Notes under the pieces: model-generated
The model's input: only the letters and a program-made list of their open reading frames with translations
Told to the model about the DNA's origin: nothing
The model's database searches: none
Origin: Candidatus Aldehydirespiratoraceae bacterium
GTDB lineage: Bacteria > Actinomycetota > Acidimicrobiia > Acidimicrobiales > Aldehydirespiratoraceae
DNA length: 64,000 bases
Assembly (NCBI GenBank): GCA_965203375.1
Contig: OZ241886.1
Location: 2,431,249-2,495,248 of the forward strand
Direction: 5' to 3'
Shown here: in pieces, positions 54,939 through 64,000 of the stretch
Numbering within the stretch: the first letter of the stretch is position 1
Layout of the letters: each line of letters opens with the position of its first letter
Translations under genes and position numbers: made by a program

Positions 54939-56206
54939 CCGGACCCGGCACCCTCAACCACGTCGACACCGAAGCCGACTCGGCTGCCCTTGACCGCGGA
55001 GACAGCAGGGCCGACCCGACCGCCTTCCACCGCGCCGACGCCGGAGCCGACCCGGTCGCCTTCGATCACGTCGACGTCGGGGGCAAGCGCAGCCCCCACA
55101 ACGCCAAGTGGTCCCAATACGGCCCCGACGTTCTGCCGGCCTGGGTGGCCGAGCACGACTTCCGCCAGCCCGACTCGGTGATAGAGGCCATGCGGGCCAC
55201 GATCGACCGGGGCGAGCTGGGCTATCACCGCCGCGACTCTGAGGTGGCCGAGGCCTTCGGGGGCTGGGCCCGGTCCCGCTACGGCTGGGACCCCGACCCG
55301 GCGCTGGCCGCGGTGTGCGTGGACGCCCTCCAGGGCGTCGTCGCCGCGGTCACCGCACTGGCCGGCCCCGGCGAGGGGGTGATCCTGACGCCGCCCGTCT
55401 ACCACGTGTTCTGGCAGATCTGCCCCACCTCGGGGCGGCGGCCGGTGGAGTGGCCGATGCGGCAAGGCCCCGGCGGATGGCGCCTCGACCCCGACGACCT
55501 CGAAGCGGTGGCCGCGGCCGACCCCGGCGCCAAGGTGCTGTTGCTGTCGCACCCCCAGAACCCCACCGGCCGGGTGGCCGACCGAGACACCCTGGCCCGC
55601 ATCGTCGAGGTGGCCCGCGATCGCGGCCTCTACGTCGTGTCCGACGAGATTCACGGCGACATGGTGTACCCCCCGGCCGAATTCGTGCCCATGCTGTCGC
55701 TGGACGGCGCCGCCGACCGGGTGATAACCGTGACCTCGCCGGCCAAGACCTTCGCCCTGTCGGGGCTGCGCTGCGCCCTAACCGTCTTCGGCTGCCCGGA
55801 GCTGCGCCGCCGGGTGATCGAGGCCCACCCTCCCCTGCTGCTGGGCCACGCCTCCCGGACGGGCATCGACGCCTCGGTGGCGGCCTGGACCGAGGGCGGG
55901 GCCTGGGCCGACCGGCTGCTCGACCAGCTCCGGGCGAACCGCGACCATCTGGCCCGGCGGCTGGCGGCCGAGGCCCCGGCGGTGCGGATGCACCTGCCGG
56001 AGTCGACGTTTCTGGCCTGGCTGGACGTGTCGGCCTGCGGCCTGGGCCACCGGCCCGCCGCCGCCCTGCTGGAGCGGGCCCGGGTGGCGCTGCTGGAGGG
56101 AACCGAGTTCGGGACCGGCGGCGAAGGCTGCGTGCGGCTCAACTTCGGGACGTCTGAGGCGCTGCTAGACGCCATAATAGACCGGCTCATCCCCCATCTG
56201 CGATGA
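54935..56206 (+). CDS. MalY/PatB-family PLP-dependent C-S lyase / aminotransferase
   Basis: FDHVDVGGKRSPHNAKW (PatB-type N-terminus), PLP-lysine context; start uncertain, GTG 54935 is the only nearby candidate. Confidence 0.75.
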   Translation: MTGPGTLNHVDTEADSAALDRGDSRADPTAFHRADAGADPVAFDHVDVGGKRSPHNAKWSQYGPDVLPAWVAEHDFRQPDSVIEAMRATIDRGELGYHRRDSEVAEAFGGWARSRYGWDPDPALAAVCVDALQGVVAAVTALAGPGEGVILTPPVYHVFWQICPTSGRRPVEWPMRQGPGGWRLDPDDLEAVAAADPGAKVLLLSHPQNPTGRVADRDTLARIVEVARDRGLYVVSDEIHGDMVYPPAEFVPMLSLDGAADRVITVTSPAKTFALSGLRCALTVFGCPELRRRVIEAHPPLLLGHASRTGIDASVAAWTEGGAWADRLLDQLRANRDHLARRLAAEAPAVRMHLPESTFLAWLDVSACGLGHRPAAALLERARVALLEGTEFGTGGEGCVRLNFGTSEALLDAIIDRLIPHLR

Positions 56207-58341
56207 CCGACCACCAGGGCCGTAGGTTCGAAATGCTCTTGCAGCGGTGTCCGTGGCTGGCTTGCGCGCTGTTTGTGGGAGTCGCGCTCGTCCATAACGA
56301 TACCCCCACCCCGCAGGATACAGTCTGGACCGCCCAAGCGACGACACCGGCCGAGACGACGGTGCAAGACTCGGCTAGATTATTAGGATCTATTGCCCCA
56401 GTTGAGGACGATCAAGGTTCGGATAAGGGCTCGATAGTTTTGTCATGGCCTAATCTTGGTGATACTTCAATCACTCATTATCAGTATAGATTCAGGAGTG
56501 CATCAAAGGCAGGGTACGGTCCGTGGATAGATGTTCCCTTCAACTATGAGACCACCACTGTAAATACCATCACCAACCTTAAAACGGATATGGCCTATCA
56601 TATACGATATCGAGCCTGCAGGCCGACCAAATGCGGAATTGCGAGAGTTAAATGGCATGTAAGAGCTTGCAACACGGGCGAATGTAAAGCTAAAAAGCTT
56701 CAAATAAGGGTTCCAGTGTTTCCGTCGGATGTTCCCCCTCCACCTGGTTTCTGGTTCTTAGACGATGACGGCAGTATCCACGAGGGCGCCATTGAGGCAC
56801 TCGCGGCCGTGGGCGTCGCCCGAGGGTGCCGATACGACCTCTATTGCCCCGATGAGGAGGTGACCCGCGGCCAGTTCGCCGCGCTATTGGCGCGGGCCTT
56901 TCCCGGCTTGGTCCCCGACGACGCCGACGACTTCTTCGGCGACGACGACGGCAGCGTCCACGAGGCCGCCGTCAACGGCCTCGCCGCTGCGGGGATCGCG
57001 AGCGGCTGCGGGCCGGGCCGTTACTGCCCCGCCGAACCGATGACCCGAGCCCAGATGGCGACACTGCTGGCCCGGGCCCTCCCCGGTTTGGCTTCCCCCG
57101 ACCGGGATCATTTCTCCGATGACGACGGGACCGTCCATGAGGTCGCCATCAACGCGTTGGCCGAAAACGGCATCGTCTCCGGCTGCGGACCGGGCCGGTA
57201 CTGCCCCGACGATCCGATGCGGCGCGATCAGGCGGCGACGCTGCTGGCCCGGGCACTGGACCTGAAGCCGACCCAGCCTGAGCCGAGCCCGTGGCGGCTC
57301 GAGCCGGTGGCCGACGGCATCGACGGCGGCCCCACCGACCTCCAAGCCCCAGACGGCGACGACCGCTTGTTCCTGGCAACCAAACAGGGGGCGATCCTCA
57401 TAATCGCCGACGGCGCCCTATTGACCGAACCGTTTCTTGACTTGACCAGCGAAGTCATGTCCGCGGGCGGCGAACAAGGTCTGCTCGGGATGGCATTCCA
57501 CCCCCACTACGACACCAGCTTCAGGTTCTATGTCTTTTATACCGACTTAGACGGCCATAGCCAAATATATGAGTACCGGACCGACCCCGAGAACCCGAAC
57601 CAGGCCGACGCTTCCACCGCCCGTCACATCATCACCATCGAACAGACCAACGCTATACATATGGGCGGACAGCTTCAATTCGGCGCTGACGGCTACCTAT
57701 ACATAGCCGTCGGTGACGACCTGCTCTCTAACAACGGACAGAACCCCAGAACAGCGCCGGGAACCATCCTCCGCATAGATATAGACGACGTCGACTCCTA
57801 CTCGATTCCTGCCGACAACCCCTTCGCCGACGGCCAAGAAGGTCTACCCGAAGTCTGGGCCTACGGGCTGCGTAACCCCTGGCGATTCAGCTTCGACGGC
57901 TCCAACATCTACATCGCTGATGTAGGGCATAATGAACGAGAGGAAATCAACATCGTCGACACCTCAAGGGGTGGAATAAACTACGGCTGGCCCATCGTGG
58001 GTGATACCCAATGCATCAACTCAAACTCGAACTGCGCCGGACTGTTCACCCCTCAAATCGAATACTACCGCAACGATGGGTTTGCCGTCATCGGCGGCTA
58101 CGTATATCGAGGCACCGCCATAGGTGAGATGACCGGCCGATACTTCTACTCCGACATCAGCGGCCGATGGATCCGCACCTTCGCCTACCAAGACGGCGAG
58201 ATCACCGAGCACTATGACTGGTCCCAGGCGATCGAAGATCTCGGGCAGGTGTGGTCATTCGGCAAAGACGGCCACGGAGAGCTCTACGTGCTGACCAGCG
58301 ACGCCGTCTACAAGATCGCCCCCGCTAGCCTCAACCCATGA
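56203..58341 (+). CDS. surface protein paralog 1: TM/signal + FN3 + 3 SLH-like repeats + PQQ-type soluble sugar dehydrogenase beta-propeller
   Basis: ATG overlaps aminotransferase stop (ATGA); SLH-like FSDDDGS.HE.AI..LA..GI..GC....YCP....TR.Q.A.LLARA x3; propeller motifs GLLGMAFHP, GGQLQFGADGYLY, GLRNPWRFSFD, GGINYGWP. Confidence 0.75.
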   Translation: MTDHQGRRFEMLLQRCPWLACALFVGVALVHNDTPTPQDTVWTAQATTPAETTVQDSARLLGSIAPVEDDQGSDKGSIVLSWPNLGDTSITHYQYRFRSASKAGYGPWIDVPFNYETTTVNTITNLKTDMAYHIRYRACRPTKCGIARVKWHVRACNTGECKAKKLQIRVPVFPSDVPPPPGFWFLDDDGSIHEGAIEALAAVGVARGCRYDLYCPDEEVTRGQFAALLARAFPGLVPDDADDFFGDDDGSVHEAAVNGLAAAGIASGCGPGRYCPAEPMTRAQMATLLARALPGLASPDRDHFSDDDGTVHEVAINALAENGIVSGCGPGRYCPDDPMRRDQAATLLARALDLKPTQPEPSPWRLEPVADGIDGGPTDLQAPDGDDRLFLATKQGAILIIADGALLTEPFLDLTSEVMSAGGEQGLLGMAFHPHYDTSFRFYVFYTDLDGHSQIYEYRTDPENPNQADASTARHIITIEQTNAIHMGGQLQFGADGYLYIAVGDDLLSNNGQNPRTAPGTILRIDIDDVDSYSIPADNPFADGQEGLPEVWAYGLRNPWRFSFDGSNIYIADVGHNEREEINIVDTSRGGINYGWPIVGDTQCINSNSNCAGLFTPQIEYYRNDGFAVIGGYVYRGTAIGEMTGRYFYSDISGRWIRTFAYQDGEITEHYDWSQAIEDLGQVWSFGKDGHGELYVLTSDAVYKIAPASLNP

Positions 58342-60719
58342 CCTCCGATCGAACAGCCCACCCGTCTTGCACGCGCGTTGAAATCATGTGCATCGTTATC
58401 TGCTTCTTGATCTGTGCGCTAGTCGCCGGACTGTTACCACAAATGGTAATTCCCCGTACGGCTCATGCTCAGGCCGCGAACAATGCGGCGGTTCCAGGGG
58501 AACCGTGTGGGTTGTCGGCTGTGGGTAGGAACGGCTCGGGTTCTGGCGATGGTTCAATTGTCCTGTCATGGGATGATCCCGGCGACTCTTCAATCAATGG
58601 TTATCAGTACCGGCTGAGGACCCCTGATACGTCTGAAGAATACGGCTCGTGGATCGACATCCCTGGCAGCGGAGCCTCCACCACCGGCCACACCATCACC
58701 GGCCTTAACAACCACACGCGCTATAATGTGCGGCTGCGGGCTGGCAACACAGCCGGGTGGGGGGCCAGTCGGGTCTATTTTAGTGCTCGGACGACCACGG
58801 TTCCTGCCACCACTGCGACATATGTTCCAAGCCGGCCGGTCCTATTGGCCTCGTCTTTCTACGACGGCACCATTACCATTGCCTGGGATTGCCCGCGGAC
58901 GCAAGACCAAGTCCTCTGGTACCAATACCGATACAAGATCGGGCCCGGCATGTGGTCAGACTGGATTACATTGCCACCGACGGACCGCAGCCTTACCCTG
59001 GCCGTCCTGGACCGTGACACTCGGCACTACGTGGTTCTGCGAGCCGTCAACAGCGCGGGCTTCGGCAGCAGCATCTTAGCCTTTCCCCGGGTTCCCCCTC
59101 CACCTGGTTTTTGGTTCTCAGACGACGATGGGAGCATCCACGAGGGCGCTATTGAGGCCGTCGCCGCCGCGGGCGTCGCCCCGGGTTGCCAGCACAACCT
59201 CTATTGCCCTGCCGATTCGATGACCAGGGCCCAGTTCGCTTCCCTCTTGGTACGAGCCTTCCCCGATCTGATCCCCGAAGACGCCGAAAACTATTTCAGC
59301 GACGACGACGGGACCGTTGACGAGAGTGCCATCAACCGGCTGGCCGCCGCGGGGATAACCGCGGGCTGTGGGCCCCGGCGGTATTGCCCCGACGATTCGA
59401 TGACCCGGGCCCAGGCGGCGACGCTGCTGGCCCGGGCCCTCTCCGGCCTGGCTCCGCCCGACCGGGATCATTTCTCCGACGACGACGGGACCGTCCATGA
59501 GATCGCCATCAACGCGTTGGCCGAAAACGGCATCGTCTCCGACTGCGGGGCGGGCCGGTACTGCCCCGACGATCCGATGCGGCGCGACCAAGCGGCGACA
59601 CTGCTGGCCCGGGCCCTCAACCTGGAGCCGACCCAGCCGGCACCGAGCCCCTGGCAACTCGAGTCGGTGGCCGACGGCATCGACGGCGGCCCCACCGACC
59701 TTCAGGCCCCAGCCAGCGACGACCGCTTGTTCCTGGCAACCAAACAGGGGGCGATCCGCATAATCGCCGACGGCGCCTTATTGCTCGAACCGCTCCTCGA
59801 TTTGACCGGCAAAGTCAATTCCGAGACCGTCGAAGAAGGCCTGCTCGGGCTGGCCTTCCACCCCCACTACGCCACCAACCACAAGTTCTATGTCTTTTAT
59901 ACCGACTTAGACGGTCACAATCAGGTCTACGAGTACAGGACCGACCCCTCCGACCCCAACCGGGCCGACTCCTCCACCGCCCGCCACATCATCACCTTCA
60001 CCCAGGAATGCCTCTGGCACAATGGCGGACAGCTCCAATTCGGTGCCGACGGCTACCTATACATAGCCGTCGGCGACGGAGCATGCTTCAATCTTGGCAA
60101 CAAGCCAGAAACTTTGGACCAAACCCCCCACAACATCCTAGGGACCATCGTTCGCATAGATGTAGACAATGGTGACCCCTACTCGATTCCTGCCGATAAC
60201 CCCTTCGCCGACGGCCAAGATGGCCTGCCAGAAGTGTGGGCCTACGGACTGCGCAACCCCTGGAGATTCAGCTTCGACGGCCCCAACATTTACATCGCTG
60301 ATGTAGGGCACCACGAACGGGAGGAGATCAACATCGCCGACGTCTCAAGGGGCGGAATAAACTACGGCTGGCCCATCGTGGGTGATACCCAATGCATCAA
60401 CTCGAACTCGAACTGCGCCGGACTGTTCACCCCTCAAATCGAATACTATCGCAACGATGGGTTCGTCGTCATCGGCGGCTACGTATATCGAGGAACTGCC
60501 ATAGGTGAGATGGTCGGCCGATACTTCTACGCCGACTACACCGGATGGATACGCACCTTCGCCTACCAAGACGGCGAGATCACCGAGCACTATGACTGGT
60601 CCCAGGCGATCGAAGATCTCGGGCAGGTGTGGTCATTCGGCAAAGACGGCCACGGGGAGCTCTACGTGCTGACCAGCGACGCCGTCTACAAGATCGCCCC
60701 CACTAGCCTCAACCCATGA
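58338..60719 (+). CDS. surface protein paralog 2: signal peptide + 2 FN3 + 3 SLH-like + PQQ-type dehydrogenase propeller
   Basis: ATGA overlap with paralog 1 stop; signal peptide ending AHAQA; same domain order. Confidence 0.75.
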   Translation: MTSDRTAHPSCTRVEIMCIVICFLICALVAGLLPQMVIPRTAHAQAANNAAVPGEPCGLSAVGRNGSGSGDGSIVLSWDDPGDSSINGYQYRLRTPDTSEEYGSWIDIPGSGASTTGHTITGLNNHTRYNVRLRAGNTAGWGASRVYFSARTTTVPATTATYVPSRPVLLASSFYDGTITIAWDCPRTQDQVLWYQYRYKIGPGMWSDWITLPPTDRSLTLAVLDRDTRHYVVLRAVNSAGFGSSILAFPRVPPPPGFWFSDDDGSIHEGAIEAVAAAGVAPGCQHNLYCPADSMTRAQFASLLVRAFPDLIPEDAENYFSDDDGTVDESAINRLAAAGITAGCGPRRYCPDDSMTRAQAATLLARALSGLAPPDRDHFSDDDGTVHEIAINALAENGIVSDCGAGRYCPDDPMRRDQAATLLARALNLEPTQPAPSPWQLESVADGIDGGPTDLQAPASDDRLFLATKQGAIRIIADGALLLEPLLDLTGKVNSETVEEGLLGLAFHPHYATNHKFYVFYTDLDGHNQVYEYRTDPSDPNRADSSTARHIITFTQECLWHNGGQLQFGADGYLYIAVGDGACFNLGNKPETLDQTPHNILGTIVRIDVDNGDPYSIPADNPFADGQDGLPEVWAYGLRNPWRFSFDGPNIYIADVGHHEREEINIADVSRGGINYGWPIVGDTQCINSNSNCAGLFTPQIEYYRNDGFVVIGGYVYRGTAIGEMVGRYFYADYTGWIRTFAYQDGEITEHYDWSQAIEDLGQVWSFGKDGHGELYVLTSDAVYKIAPTSLNP

Positions 60720-60751
60720 CCTCCGATCAACCTGCTCATCCCCCACCTGCA

Positions 60752-62868
60752 ATGACCGACCACCAGAGCCGTAAATTCAAAATGCTCTTGCTGAGATGTC
60801 CGTGGCTGACTTGCGCACTGTTTGCGGGAATCGCGTTCGTCCATAACAATACCCCCCCCCGCAGGATGCGGTCCAGACCGCTCAAGCGGCGACACCGTCC
60901 AAGACGATGACACAAGATTCGGCTAAATTAGTGGGATCAGTTGCCTCAGTTGAGGATGATCAAGGTTCGAATAAGGGCTCGATAGTTTTGTCATGGTCTA
61001 ATCCTGGTAATCCTTCAATCACTCATTATCAGTATCAATTCAGAAGTGCATCAGAGGTAGGATACGGTCCGTGGATTGATATTCCTGACAGCAGAGCGTC
61101 CACTACTGAATATACCATCACCGGCCTTAGAACCAATGCAATATATAATGTAAGACTTAGAGCCTGTAAGAGATCTGTATGTTGGGATTTCAGTAGTTTA
61201 TGGCATGTAAGAGTCTGTGAAATGACCGAATCGACCAAATGTGAAGTTACTGCGATAGGCTACCCAGTGATCGCGCCAACTGTTCCCCCTCCACCTGGTT
61301 TCTGGTTCTCAGACGATGACGGCAGCCGCCATGAGGGGGCCATTGAAGCTCTCGCGGCCGCGAGAATCGCATCTGGGTGCGGACGGCACCTTTATTGCCC
61401 CGCTGAGGAGACGACCCGGGGCCAGTTCGCCTCGCTGTTGGCGCGGGCCTTCCCCGACTTGGTCCCCGACTACACCGGAGACTTCTTCGGCGACGACAAC
61501 GGCAGCGTCCACGAGGCCGACATCAACAGGCTGGCCGCAGTGGAGATCGCGGCCGGCTGCGGGCCGAGCCGGTTCTGCCCCGACGACCCGATACGGCGCG
61601 ACCAAGCGGCGACGCTGCTGGCCCGGGCCCTCCCCGGCCTGGCTCCGCCCGAACGGGATCACTTCTCCGACGACGACGGCAGCATCCACGAGATCGCCGT
61701 CAACGCCATGGCCGAAAACGGCATCCTCGCCGGCTGCGGGCCGAGCCGGTTCTGCCCCGACGACCCGATACGGCGCGACCAGGCCGCGACCCTGCTCGCC
61801 CGGGTCCTCAACCTGAATCGGGCCGAACCTCAACTAAGCCTGTGGCGGCTCGAGCTAGTGGCCGACGGGATTGTCGGCGGCGTCACCGACCTGCAGGCCC
61901 CCATCGGCGACGACCGGGCATTTCTGGCCACCAGACGAGGGATGATCCGTGTGATGGCCGACGGCGCCCTTTTACCCGGGCCATTCCTCGACTTGACCAG
62001 TAAAATCTCAGGGGGCCTGTTCGGGCTGGCCTTCCACCCCCGCTACGACACCAACGGCAAGTTCTACGTCTTCTATATTGCCTTAGACGGCAACATCCGA
62101 ATATACGAGTACCGGGCCGACTCCGAGAACCCCAACCGGGCCGATCCTTCGACCGCCCGCCACATCGTCACCATAGAGCGAGACACAAGTACTCACCACG
62201 GAGGGCAGCTCCAATTCGGTCCTGATGGCTACCTATACATCGGCATCGGTGACAACAACAACCCCGAAAGCAGTCAGAATTTGCAAACCGCGCATGGGAC
62301 CATCCTCCGCATAGATGTAGACAACGGTGAACCCTACTCCATCCCTGCCGATAACCCCTTCGCCGACGGCCAAGATGGCCTACCTGAAGTGTGGGCCTAC
62401 GGGCTGCGCCATCCTTGGCGATTCAGCTTCGACGGCCCCAATATCTACATCGCCGACGTGGGAGATGTCCACATTGAGGAGATCAACATCGCCAAGGCTT
62501 CCCAGGGTGGAATAAACTACGGCTCGCCGGTCATGGACGGCTCCATATGCGTCAGTCCAACCTCAAACTGCGCCGGGCTGTTCACTCCTCAAATCGAATA
62601 CTACCATGCCCAGGGTTTTGCCGTCATCGGCGGCTACGTATACCGAGGCACTGCCTTACCTGAAATGGTCGGCCGATACTTCTACTCCGACTACACCGGC
62701 GCATGGATCCGCACATTCCTCTACAACGACGACGGCGAGGTGACAGAGCACTACGACTGGTCCTCAGCAGTCGAAAACGTCGCGCAGATGCAGTCATTCG
62801 GCAAAGACGGCCACGGAGAGCTCTACGTGCTGACCGGCTACGCCGTCTACAAGATCGTCCCCCGCTAG
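60752..62868 (+). pseudogene. surface protein paralog 3, interrupted by a frameshift at a C9 homopolymer (60852-60860)
   Basis: N-terminal TM segment (60752-60860) and body (ATG 60907 onward) lie in different frames; a C10 tract would restore a full-length reading frame homologous to paralog 1. Confidence 0.6.
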
Positions 62869-62877
62869 CCTCAGCCC

Positions 62878-64000
62878 ATGATCTCCGATCGCCAGGCCCA
62901 CCCGTCCTGCAATCGCCTTCAAATGGGTCGGGGCATAGAAATCCCGGCCGGTTCGGCCAGCATTAGGTCCTGGCCAGCCTCTGGTATTGTCAAGATAGCC
63001 CACGGTGCATGCGATGATCGGGAACGGCGCAAGACCCATATGCCTCGTTTGACTACTTTACTGGTCTGTGCGCTGATCGCTGGACTATTGTCACAAGTGA
63101 CAACTCCCGTAGTAGTCCATGCTCAGGCGGCGAGCAATGCGGCGATTCCAAGAGAACCGTGCATGGTGTCTGCAACCACTGAAGACGTAGTTTCACGGCC
63201 AAGACGACCGGTCCTATTGGCCTCGTCTTTCTACAGCGGCACCATTACTGTCGCATGGGACTGCCCGCGGGCGCAAGACCAAGTCCTCTGGTACCAATAC
63301 CGCTACAAGATCGGGCCTGGCATGTCGTCAGGCTGGATTAAATTGCCACCGACGGCTCGTAGCCTGACCCTGACCGTCCTGGACCGTGACACCCGGCACT
63401 ACGTGGTTCTGCGAGCCGTCAACAGCGCGGGTCCAGGCAACAGTGTCTTAGCCTACCCCCGGGTTCCCCCTCCACCTGGTTTCTGGTTCTCCGACGACGG
63501 CGGGAGCGTCTACGAGGGCGCTATTGAGGCCGTCGCCGCCGCGGGCATCGCCCCCGGGTGCCGACACAACCTCTATTGCCCCGCCGATCCGATGACCAGA
63601 GGCCAGTTCGCTTCCCTCCTGGTACGAGCCTTCCCCGACCTGATCCCCGACGACGCCGAAAACTACTTCTCCGACGACAACGGGACCGTCCACGAGATCG
63701 CCATCAACCGGCTGGCCTCCGCGGGTATAACCGCGGGCTGCAAGCCGGGCCGGTACTGCCCCGCCGATCCGATGCGGCGCGACCAAGCGGCGACGCTGCT
63801 GGCCCGGGCCCTCCCCGGCCTGATTCCGCCCAACGGGGATCATTTCTCCGACGACGACGGGACCGTCCACGAGATCGCCATCAACGTGTTGGCTGAAAAC
63901 GGCATCGTCTCCGGCTGCGGGCCGGGCCGGTACTGCCCCGCCGATCCGATGCGGCGCGATCAGGCGGCGGCGCTGCTGGCCCGGGCCCTCAACCTGGAGA
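62878..64000 (+). CDS. surface protein paralog 4 (paralog-2-like, one FN3), 3'-partial at window edge
   Basis: no stop in frame from 62878 to the window end; alternative start ATG 63040 (MPRLTTLLVCALIAGLL...AQAA signal peptide). Confidence 0.6.
   Translation, partial: MISDRQAHPSCNRLQMGRGIEIPAGSASIRSWPASGIVKIAHGACDDRERRKTHMPRLTTLLVCALIAGLLSQVTTPVVVHAQAASNAAIPREPCMVSATTEDVVSRPRRPVLLASSFYSGTITVAWDCPRAQDQVLWYQYRYKIGPGMSSGWIKLPPTARSLTLTVLDRDTRHYVVLRAVNSAGPGNSVLAYPRVPPPPGFWFSDDGGSVYEGAIEAVAAAGIAPGCRHNLYCPADPMTRGQFASLLVRAFPDLIPDDAENYFSDDNGTVHEIAINRLASAGITAGCKPGRYCPADPMRRDQAATLLARALPGLIPPNGDHFSDDDGTVHEIAINVLAENGIVSGCGPGRYCPADPMRRDQAAALLARALNLE

Noticed and set aside
60716-60910. Stand-alone 64-aa ORF 60716..60910
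   Set aside because: It is the frameshifted N-terminal fragment of surface-protein paralog 3 running past the C9 tract, not an independent gene.
1-64000. tRNA / rRNA / tmRNA genes
   Set aside because: No conserved T-loop (GGTTCGA(A/G)TCC) or cloverleaf-compatible segments seen. None called.

Overview
Reading of the window (from sequence only): a high-GC (~68-72%) actinobacterial chromosome segment, assigned on lineage markers (mycothiol-dependent isomerase fold, F420/LLM oxidoreductase, DUF2339 membrane protein, REP13E12-like DUF222-HNH gene, type Ic methionine aminopeptidase). Most of it is ordinary metabolism and transport: family III and family I CoA-transferases, several SDRs, an ABC-2 exporter, a five-gene Dpp/Opp-type peptide importer, flotillin/NfeD, ribokinase and nucleoside hydrolase, MetY, map, rhodanese, Ppx/GppA, a CDF transporter and a MalY/PatB aminotransferase.

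Accessory or unusual content stands out in six places:
(i) a ~5 kb low-GC island (14.6-19.5 kb) with two tandem paralogous ~800-aa polytopic membrane proteins in an operon behind a low-molecular-weight phosphatase;
(ii) a mobile/defence-like patch (34.6-43.2 kb): an HTH-ImmA/IrrE protease fusion with a low-GC PIN-like partner, an intact IS5-family element with terminal inverted repeats and a 3-bp target-site duplication, a DUF222-HNH (REP13E12-like) gene, two ~110-bp repeats derived from it, and a Phd/YefM-VapC pair wedged between rbsK and a nucleoside hydrolase;
(iii) a tandem array of at least four paralogous surface proteins (FN3 + 3 SLH-like repeats + PQQ-type sugar-dehydrogenase beta-propeller), ATGA-coupled to each other and to the upstream aminotransferase, with low-GC FN3 modules and one copy interrupted at a poly-C9 tract;
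(iv) a recurring architecture in which the 5' end of a gene is tandemly duplicated into short upstream ORFs whose stop overlaps the next start (TGATG/GTGA): Ppx, aminotransferase, cyclase;
(v) a gene whose 3' end is twelve perfect 30-bp repeats encoding (DDAADVDTEG)x12;
(vi) an orphan beta-class DNA methyltransferase next to a tiny strongly-RBS'd convergent ORF.

No tRNA, rRNA or CRISPR array was recognised.
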